In this document: positions 24,888 to 31,610 of the stretch, piece by piece
Layout of the letters: each line of letters starts with the position of its first letter
How positions within the stretch are numbered: the stretch's first letter is position 1
DNA from: Candidatus Iainarchaeum sp.
GTDB taxonomy: Archaea > Iainarchaeota > Iainarchaeia > Iainarchaeales > VGJJ01
Assembly (NCBI GenBank): GCA_030688545.1
Contig: JAUYHT010000008.1
Location: forward strand, 90,001 to 122,000
Length of the DNA stretch: 32,000 nt
Direction of reading: 5' to 3'
Translations under genes and position numbers: made by a program
The notes under the pieces: model-generated
What the model saw: only the letters and a program-made list of their open reading frames with translations
The model's database searches: none
What the model was told of the DNA's origin: nothing

Positions 24888-24908
24888 TACTTACGCTGGC
24901 AGTAAGTA
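24888..24908. promoter_or_regulatory. second related palindrome TACTTAC-N7-GTAAGTA abutting the TATA-like box of the lipoprotein gene
   Basis: The arms lie at 24888-24894 and 24902-24908. Spacer length (7) and half-site (TACYTAC) match the 24828 palindrome. TATTTTAAT follows at about 24907-24915, some 30 nt before the ATG at 24946. Confidence 0.45.
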
Positions 24909-24945
24909 TTTTAATGGGGGTTTTGTTCCTACTTTATGGTAAAGT

Positions 24946-26028
24946 ATGCCCCGAATCGCCCTTTTTGGAACCTTTTGGCTTTTGGCTATTATCGGGCTGA
25001 GCGCGTGCATAAGTGCCCCTGAAAATCAACAGCAGGAGATTAACCCTATTGACATCCCCGAAGTTACTCCGAATCTAAAAATTGCTGGGATAGTTGAGAC
25101 TGATGTTTTCCGACTCTTTCCAGCAATTCGACAAGTGAATTCCAACACTATATCCTATGAGGTAAGACGTTGTGCATTTGGCGAAGAAGCAGTTCCAGGT
25201 GCCAATTTTGGACGACCCGTAGTGAGTATTCATTCATTAGATGAAACAACATCTAAGCGCAATGACATTATCATGTCAGTGGTTGAAGATTCACGCGACT
25301 ATGTGCAAACGCTCTCCGCACCGCTCCTTACATTTCTCATTTCAAATGAAAGTGACGTGAATTCAGGCGAAATAATTCTTTCCTATGATGAATCGGATAA
25401 TGGTGACCAATATTGGGTTCCGCGACCATTCAGTTTTTCTCCTTCATTTTCAAAATTTACTGAATTAACCTTGGTCGGAGCTTCCGAAAATAGCGATTAT
25501 GCGTATTTTTTCAATCCCGCATTGACTTCAAGGACCTATTTCTACGATCAAAATGAAAACTTGATTTTCACAGACGCGGGAAAACTGGGAGATAAGAATG
25601 CAACCTACGAATTCAATGAAATCCCTCCCGAAAAAATTTTGGATGCAAATATCTTGGGCTTGTGCGACAGCGAATTTGACTATGTCGAAATTGAACAGAA
25701 TACTTTCCCTGTTTCAACTAGGAAAATTCCATGCAAACAAAATTTCGACCAGATCAGAATTGATAACCTCCAACCGAACGAATCAGCACTTGTTTCCCTT
25801 CACTATTATCCTATGCGACGAATAAATTTGAACATGGAGCATACACCCGATCCTCCATTTCAATGGCCTGTAAAGGAACAAAAAGAAGCCGCGATCAACA
25901 TTCAAATAAACGCACAGTATTCTGCCAAGAAAGAGAAGTTATTCCAGATTGAATTAAAGTTTACCAATCGGGAATATGAGTATGATATCTATGATAATGT
26001 GTGCAAACCAATTAGTGAGAGTTCTTGA
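24946..26028 (+). CDS. secreted lipoprotein-like protein
   Basis: The N-terminus MPRIALFGTFWLLAIIGLSACISAPENQ is a signal peptide with a lipobox-like LSAC. The remainder is beta-rich with no recognised motif. Confidence 0.65.
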   Translation: MPRIALFGTFWLLAIIGLSACISAPENQQQEINPIDIPEVTPNLKIAGIVETDVFRLFPAIRQVNSNTISYEVRRCAFGEEAVPGANFGRPVVSIHSLDETTSKRNDIIMSVVEDSRDYVQTLSAPLLTFLISNESDVNSGEIILSYDESDNGDQYWVPRPFSFSPSFSKFTELTLVGASENSDYAYFFNPALTSRTYFYDQNENLIFTDAGKLGDKNATYEFNEIPPEKILDANILGLCDSEFDYVEIEQNTFPVSTRKIPCKQNFDQIRIDNLQPNESALVSLHYYPMRRINLNMEHTPDPPFQWPVKEQKEAAINIQINAQYSAKKEKLFQIELKFTNREYEYDIYDNVCKPISESS

Positions 26029-26055
26029 AATTGTTAATCATTGATTTCTCAGCTC

Positions 26056-26085
26056 TGTTCCTCATAAGAAAAGCTGTGAGGAACA
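26056..26085. terminator. hairpin TGTTCCTCA-N12-TGAGGAACA downstream of the lipoprotein gene
   Basis: A 9-bp perfect stem lies 28 nt after the stop at 26028, inside a 226-nt convergent intergenic region. Confidence 0.4.
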
Positions 26086-26254
26086 TGCATACTCTCTCTT
26101 CGCCAAAGAACCCTATTTTTTCGGAAATGTGAACAAAAACATAAAAAATACGGAAAAGAAGAATCCTTTTCCGAAACGGAACATCAAAAATCATGACCTT
26201 GGTGATTTGCTCGTTCTTTTTAAGAAAAAACAAAATGGAAAATTTCTATTTGTC

Positions 26255-26983
26255 TTACTCCTTTGATACCCCGTCTTCACAAACCATTGTAAAATCTTCT
26301 GTGACACTGAGTTCCATTTTTCTAACGTTTTTCCTCAATCGATTGATAACTGCAGGTTCTCCCTTTTCTTTAATATTTTCTTTCAATTGCCAATGTGTGA
26401 AGTTGGCAACAATATCCGCTATTCGAATAAGCGGATAATCCCAATCACCATCTTGCAAATCGCAAGACCCTAACCAATTTTCTGCATGCTCTCGTACTTT
26501 TTGCTTTGATGTTTCCCAACCATATCCTTTCAAGTCTTTGTCCCATCGCATGACGGTTTCACCTTTGAATCCCTGGATTTTTAGAACCTCAACCACTAAC
26601 CATTCATGTTTAGCATAGATATCATTCATTGTGGTATATGCTGATGTTCCATCGTCTTTGAAAGTGATTCGCCAAAAGGGAATCCTGTCATAGTTTTTCT
26701 TATCAATTTTTCCACGAAAAATTTCTTTGTCAACATACAGAATAAAGAATTGAAAATCAGTCTTGGCAAGCCGATCCACAATTTCTTCCCATGAGCTATG
26801 TAAATTTACTCCTTTTTTTCCTGGCCAGCTTGTTTCAAGCCAATCACAAATTTTTTCAGCGGCTTTGAAATCCCGGGTTGTGATCGTGACAAGAGCGAGA
26901 TATCGATTAGAGTAATTATCATATTCGATCTCACGATTTCCCGAGGCATCAAAACCAGCATAAATTTCCTTCAAAGAGTCCAT
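26255..26983 (-). CDS. DUF3800-like protein (tentative)
   Basis: YAGFDASGN near the N-terminus and PLIRIADIVANF near the C-terminus resemble the D-E-S-G and (Q/R)xAD motifs I remember for DUF3800. The product is 242 aa. Confidence 0.4.
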   Translation of the reverse strand: MDSLKEIYAGFDASGNREIEYDNYSNRYLALVTITTRDFKAAEKICDWLETSWPGKKGVNLHSSWEEIVDRLAKTDFQFFILYVDKEIFRGKIDKKNYDRIPFWRITFKDDGTSAYTTMNDIYAKHEWLVVEVLKIQGFKGETVMRWDKDLKGYGWETSKQKVREHAENWLGSCDLQDGDWDYPLIRIADIVANFTHWQLKENIKEKGEPAVINRLRKNVRKMELSVTEDFTMVCEDGVSKE

Positions 26984-27061
26984 AATTAGGTCTTTTCCAA
27001 ATTAAGGTTAAAAAATGAATCAAACCACCCGTGCTAATCATGCTAATGAGATGTGAATACC

Positions 27062-27559
27062 ATGATTGATCCAGCCGTCCCCAATGAGACACGCGAGCAA
27101 AACCGAATTGCAATTGTGATTGGTGTTTTTGCCATCTTGTTTGTTTTGTATCCTCACGTTAACCAATCTACTGATGAAATCAAACTTCTTTTTTACCTCA
27201 CGGCCTTAGTAGCTATGTTTTACGGTTTGTATCTCTTTTTCATTGCCCTTGCGTATACCCCTGAAAGCGTTGGTCGAATGCATTCAAAATATTTTAACAA
27301 ATTCAAAGAACTGGCATATTTCAATTATTTCATCGGCTCGTATGCAGCGTTTCTATTTATGGCCGTAATTGTTGTTTCGCTTATTTTTGGCGGAGTCGCA
27401 AAGGCAATTTTGGGTTTTGAAATCCCTCTAATAATTCAACAAATTCTTCTTATACTTTTGATTGCTGTTGAAGCGATTAAAATTTTTGGAGTGAATACAG
27501 AGGAAAAAACTGAAGAGCCGATTTGGTCTAGAAGAAGGCGGTACCATGAGCAAAAATAG
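27062..27559 (+). CDS. 4-TM membrane protein
   Basis: Track ORF 27053..27559 starts at a GTG; an ATG follows at 27062. Hydrophobic helices: IAIVIGVFAILFVLY, LLFYLTALVAMFYGLYLFFIALAY, FIGSYAAFLFMAVIVVSLIFGG and IIQQILLILLIAVEAI. The 3' end overlaps the next gene by 14 nt. Confidence 0.6.
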   Translation: MIDPAVPNETREQNRIAIVIGVFAILFVLYPHVNQSTDEIKLLFYLTALVAMFYGLYLFFIALAYTPESVGRMHSKYFNKFKELAYFNYFIGSYAAFLFMAVIVVSLIFGGVAKAILGFEIPLIIQQILLILLIAVEAIKIFGVNTEEKTEEPIWSRRRRYHEQK

Positions 27560-28736
27560 TGCCGACTTTGTTAAGGCAAAGAAACTCTACTATGTTGAAA
27601 AATGGGCCGTTACTGAAGTTAACATAAAATTTGAGAATGTTGATGGAAACCAAAGTATTTCTGCTACGATGATTTTTGAAAAGGGCGGGAAAACTGAAAC
27701 GATTGTATCAGGTGAACCAGATTTTGTTGACATGGCATTTAATTTCAAAACATTATATCGAGACGGTGAAACTAAGATTATAGATTTATCATCTACTCCA
27801 ATTAAGAATGTCGCTAATCTTTACAAGAATGTCGAGTTTTTCAAAGACCTTTCCAAAGATAAGGTTAGAGAACTTATTGGAGAAATACAAAGTGGTAAAT
27901 TTTTATTTCCTTCTGGATTTAACTTGCGTTCGACGATATTAGATGTCTTAGCTAAGAGATTTGATAATGAACATGTAAAATTCCTGCTCGCAAACTACAA
28001 TGCATCTTTAGCGTTGCAACTAGCTGGGATGCCGTTATGGTATTCATCTTACCAGAAAATGAAGAATGCTGCAAATGACAAAGGGAGATTCGAAAATTTT
28101 GAGAGAATATTTAGCAGAGTTTTTAGGGAGACACTTGGTGAAATGCCTGTTATAAAGGCGTTTTTAGCGAAGGAAACAAAATACAAAGCCGATAGAAATT
28201 TATTGTTAAAAAATCTTGGAACCGAATTTTCGCGCCATAAAGAACGGTGGGATACTTACTACAAAACTACCGGCGGACAGATGGATGGAAATGCTGCAGT
28301 ATTGCATTTTCTTGATGATTACGCAAATTTGTTTGAGATTATCAAACCTTCTCTTCAAGATATGGTCTCTATCGTGAAGGAGAAAAACAATGAAAATAAT
28401 ATCTCTTTAGAAAGTGATAATCAAATAGCAGCGTATCTCAAACAAAAGGGATTTTCTGATTTAGTTGACCCGATTGACCCAATACTGAGGAATGGCAGGA
28501 GTCATTACGCGCTTGAGCAGATAGAAAAAGGGAAGCTTCATATTTATAATACAAAATTCAAAGATAGAAAGCTGCTTAAAATTTATGATATACAAGATGT
28601 CATTGATAAGTACATGGAATTTTGTGACTTTGCTCGCGCGTTAGTAATTACTGATGTCCTTAACGACGAACTTCTTTTGCTAAAGGCCCTTGATTCGCCC
28701 GATTTTAAATTCTTTGTCATTGAAAATAAGACTTAG
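27546..28736 (+). CDS. 396-aa orphan protein with C-terminal RNxxxH (HEPN-like) motif
   Basis: LRNGRSHYALE at residues 314-324 (nt 28488-28505 encode RNGRSH) matches the HEPN Rx4-6H / RNxxxH signature. The surrounding sequence looks helical. I recognise no other motif. Confidence 0.45.
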   Translation: MSKNSADFVKAKKLYYVEKWAVTEVNIKFENVDGNQSISATMIFEKGGKTETIVSGEPDFVDMAFNFKTLYRDGETKIIDLSSTPIKNVANLYKNVEFFKDLSKDKVRELIGEIQSGKFLFPSGFNLRSTILDVLAKRFDNEHVKFLLANYNASLALQLAGMPLWYSSYQKMKNAANDKGRFENFERIFSRVFRETLGEMPVIKAFLAKETKYKADRNLLLKNLGTEFSRHKERWDTYYKTTGGQMDGNAAVLHFLDDYANLFEIIKPSLQDMVSIVKEKNNENNISLESDNQIAAYLKQKGFSDLVDPIDPILRNGRSHYALEQIEKGKLHIYNTKFKDRKLLKIYDIQDVIDKYMEFCDFARALVITDVLNDELLLLKALDSPDFKFFVIENKT

Positions 28737-29479
28737 TTTATTGCTGTAACAATTTGTTCAACTTTTTTGATATTTTCCAAGAGTGTTTTAGTTTTATTAT
28801 TCTCGAATTCTTCAAGCGAATAAATAATCTCACTATTATTAAGGTAGTTATAGTATTCCGCAAAGGATCGCGCTAGAATTTTGATATTAAATTCTAAAAC
28901 TTTTCTAGTAACTTTTGGATCATAGTTTCGAGTTGTCTTTTTCAGATTTGCTAAACCTTTTCTGTGATAGGTTTGGAAAGGCAACATCAGCTTTTCCGTA
29001 TTACTATGTGCTATTTTTGAAAAACTGCTGTACAAATTTAGGCGCAAGTGTCTTTCCATTTGACTATAATTTGGTTTGTGACCATATTCTATCATCTCTT
29101 GGATAAGGTCAAAATTATTTGTATCTAAGCAATATACGACTCGCAGCATTCTTTCGTAATTTGCTCTCAATATTGTGACGGATTCGCCCAAACTTCCTTT
29201 TAATGCTAAATCTTCTATTATTCGGGATGCGTCTAAATTTTCCACAAGAAAATATTCATAAATTACGGATGATTTCCAACTAATTTTTCCATTTTTGTAA
29301 AAAAGGCCTTGTATTGATTCAAAAAGAAGTTGTCGAACTTTTTCACATTTTTCTAATAGCTTCTTCAATTCTTTTTCATTATTACTATGGATACTTTTTT
29401 CTTCATTTTTAGATTTTTCTTCGAATGTTTCTTCGCTAGTCGCAAAGGAATGAATAATTTTTTGTAATGTTGATTTCAT
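28733..29479 (-). CDS. 248-aa orphan, predicted all-helical protein
   Basis: The N-terminus is charged (EEKSKNEEKSIHSNNEKELKKLLEK). The central block is ILRANYERMLRVVYCLD...ERHLRLNLYSSFSKIAHSNTEK. Its 3' end overlaps the convergent 27546..28736 gene by 4 nt. Confidence 0.5.
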   Translation of the reverse strand: MKSTLQKIIHSFATSEETFEEKSKNEEKSIHSNNEKELKKLLEKCEKVRQLLFESIQGLFYKNGKISWKSSVIYEYFLVENLDASRIIEDLALKGSLGESVTILRANYERMLRVVYCLDTNNFDLIQEMIEYGHKPNYSQMERHLRLNLYSSFSKIAHSNTEKLMLPFQTYHRKGLANLKKTTRNYDPKVTRKVLEFNIKILARSFAEYYNYLNNSEIIYSLEEFENNKTKTLLENIKKVEQIVTAIN

Positions 29480-29575
29480 CCGTTGATTCCTTCATGGTTA
29501 CAAATTCTTAGATTATTATCTAGACAACGAACATAATGAGAAAGGCCGTAAAAAGCATTTGGTCTAATACTCGCT

Positions 29576-30424
29576 ATGGATAAAAAAACCGTACTTGAGC
29601 TTGAGGATGCCGTAAAGACCCTGAAAGTTTGGATGAATCAATCTGCGGCTATGGTGACTCCAGAAATAAGAGATGCCGCTCTAGAATTATTTCAGTTAGG
29701 TAAATGCGATCTGGCAGTATCAAAACTTGCTTTTGATGGTGGTCACTATCCACAAGCCCTATCACTGTTACAACAGTCAGTAGAAAAACTGGGAAAAAGT
29801 GGGTTTTTAGTGACCGGTCAGGAGAAGCCTGAAAAGCTGGCCACTCATTATTTTTATGAGCCGGTAAGTAAAAAAATATTGGATACCAACGCGACCGCAT
29901 TTGACTATTTTACTGAAGTTTCTAAAATTGACCTGCCATTTAGTTCTGATTTTTCCGAAATCAGAAGAAATGAAGTGAAACTAAGAGAGATGTCCAAAGA
30001 AAAAATCAATGAATTTTTTAATTCTTTTGATGAAGGTGTGGCGCAAGTAATGGATGATGGTTTTATCGCTACAGAATTGAATAGACAGTTTGGCTTTTAT
30101 GAGGGAAAAATTGATGTTCATCATCTCAATGTCGCACGTAAAAGTGCTAAAGAACAAACTCCACGCGTTAGAAATATGTTGCTAAGTGTTCTAAACTGGG
30201 CAAAACTAACAAGCTTGGTCGTCTTACTTACATCGCATTATCAGTCCTCCAGATACCCCTATGACAATAAGGGTGCGTCCTACTCTGATGATTATCACAT
30301 AAAGTATGTTCAGAATCTTGGGGTTATTCAAGCATATCCATTAGTGTATATTCAAATTCAGAATCTATTCACGTTTTTTGGAGATAGTTATGGATTAGAA
30401 CTGAAACAAGTCACGGATGATTAA
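29576..30424 (+). CDS. HEPN-domain-like protein with large internal insertion
   Basis: GGHYPQALSLLQQSVEKLGKSGFLV resembles the HEPN (PF05168-type) helix ...a.f.a.QA.EKaLKa.l. HYQSSRYPYD near the C-terminus resembles its ..tRYP.. motif. About 150 residues separate the two. Confidence 0.45.
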   Translation: MDKKTVLELEDAVKTLKVWMNQSAAMVTPEIRDAALELFQLGKCDLAVSKLAFDGGHYPQALSLLQQSVEKLGKSGFLVTGQEKPEKLATHYFYEPVSKKILDTNATAFDYFTEVSKIDLPFSSDFSEIRRNEVKLREMSKEKINEFFNSFDEGVAQVMDDGFIATELNRQFGFYEGKIDVHHLNVARKSAKEQTPRVRNMLLSVLNWAKLTSLVVLLTSHYQSSRYPYDNKGASYSDDYHIKYVQNLGVIQAYPLVYIQIQNLFTFFGDSYGLELKQVTDD

Positions 30425-30432
30425 GAATTATG

Positions 30433-30708
30433 TCAGGGTTTCAACCACGTCACAATTACAATTAAGAATGTGGCAATTGTCATCAAGATTGTTGCGATTG
30501 CCATCCATTTTTGCATCTTTGTTGATGCCCTCATTTCATTGATTAGTTCCCGGCCGCTTCGCCGTTCCATTTCAAACTTTACCATCGTTAAATAATTTTT
30601 GTTGATGGTGTGGGATGTAATTAGTCTCAAATCTTCATCAGATAGATCGCTGACCATTCCATTATCCAAAGAACGGTATAACTGATCCAAGTGTTCAGCC
30701 TTATTCAT
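30433..30708 (-). CDS. tail-anchored small membrane protein
   Basis: This is track ORF 30433..30735. The start at 30708 (MNKAEHLDQLYRS...) lies 1 nt after the upstream stop. The single C-terminal TM helix is WMAIATILMTIATFLIVIVTWL. Confidence 0.5.
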   Translation of the reverse strand: MNKAEHLDQLYRSLDNGMVSDLSDEDLRLITSHTINKNYLTMVKFEMERRSGRELINEMRASTKMQKWMAIATILMTIATFLIVIVTWLKP

Positions 30709-30709
30709 G

Positions 30710-30886
30710 TCAGTTCTCCATTTTTGGTAGTTCACGTATCAGGAGTGTATTCCTTCCTTGTCGTTCCCACAGTAGCTTTGTGCCTTTTTCCCATAGCATC
30801 AAGTGCATGAGTTCGACGGGTATGGTGGCATGGTAGCGGAATGAGCCGTCTTTGTTGGCGCTTTTCTGGATTTTGGAAGTTGCCAT
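30710..30886 (-). CDS. AbrB/SpoVT-like small DNA-binding protein (antitoxin-like)
   Basis: I prefer the internal start of track ORF 30710..31015. MATSKIQKSANKDGSFRYHATIPVELMHLMLWEKGTKLLWERQGRNTLLIRELPK fits the looped-hinge-helix pattern (..y..tIP.e.....l.kG..l......g..l.i..). Confidence 0.5.
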   Translation of the reverse strand: MATSKIQKSANKDGSFRYHATIPVELMHLMLWEKGTKLLWERQGRNTLLIRELPKMEN

Positions 30887-30980
30887 AGGGAAAACATTAC
30901 CATTATATGGATTGCTTCCTATAAGGTTTGTTACCTCTAAAAGGCTAAAAAAAGAGCATCTTGATTTTACGAATAAGCGT

Positions 30981-30998
30981 CCTCCGGGGCCGTTTAAT
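30981..30998 (+). repeat. short direct match to the 3' end of tRNA-Arg (candidate degenerate att remnant)
   Basis: CCTCCGGGGCCGTTTAAT at 30981-30998 compares with CCTCCGGGGTCGCTAAAT at 13248-13265. Nine contiguous positions match, 15 of 18 overall, in the same orientation. Confidence 0.3.
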
Positions 30999-31152
30999 TT
31001 TTTGTAAGGTAGCAAACAGGGTAGCCTCTTTTCTTTTTTGGAGATGGAATGGCATATGTCGGTGGAATCAGACCGATTTTATCACTACGAACTTTTTTAC
31101 GAACTACTGAAAGGCCGAATCTGGCCCGAAAAATTTTCTCGCAAATTTTGCT

Positions 31153-31608
31153 TTATGGTTTTTTCACCGCACTTATTGATTTCCATTCATTTAATAGTGC
31201 TATGGCTTCCTTTTTTTCTACGCCGCCTTTTACTATTATTTTACCAATTTTATTTTTTTTAAGAATGTAAAATGTTCTTGTTTTCCCATATTCTCCATGT
31301 GGACATCCATAGATTACTTTGGATATTCCAGCATAAACCATTGCTTTTGCACACATTAAACAAGGTTCCACTGTGGTATAGAGAATAGATCCTTTCAACG
31401 AGTCTTTTTTCCGAGATGCTTTTCGAATAGCAGAAATTTCAGCATGAGCTGTAGGATCGTGCTTCCCGCCCTCTTGACTTCGAGATTTAGCGACGATTTT
31501 ATCACTTTTTACAATGATACAACCGCATGGATAATCGCCGCGATTTAATCCTCTTTCGGCTTCTATGAGAGCAATTTTCATTATCCGTTGATCTGAGTTG
31601 CTTTTCAT
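31153..31608 (-). CDS. CDA-family zinc deaminase (TadA / dCMP / guanine-deaminase-like)
   Basis: HAEISAIRKA (H-A-E) and VEPCLMCAKAM (PCxxC) are the zinc-binding motifs. The track ORF extends to 31644. The ATG at 31608 (MKSNSDQRIMKIALIEAERG) lies just after the upstream SGNH stop. Confidence 0.8.
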   Translation of the reverse strand: MKSNSDQRIMKIALIEAERGLNRGDYPCGCIIVKSDKIVAKSRSQEGGKHDPTAHAEISAIRKASRKKDSLKGSILYTTVEPCLMCAKAMVYAGISKVIYGCPHGEYGKTRTFYILKKNKIGKIIVKGGVEKKEAIALLNEWKSISAVKKP

Positions 31609-31610
31609 AG

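Noticed and set aside
30887-31015. N-terminal 43-codon extension of ORF 30710..31015(-)
   Set aside because: The extension (MLPYKKLNGPGGRLFVKSRCSFFSLLEV...) is not part of the AbrB fold and covers probable promoter DNA. The internal ATG at 30886 yields a canonical ~58-aa AbrB-like protein.
31086-31105. Direct repeat TACGAACT-N4-TACGAACT in the spacer upstream of the AbrB-like gene
   Set aside because: It has only two 8-mers about 200 nt from the nearest start codon, in very AT-rich DNA. This is not distinguishable from chance.
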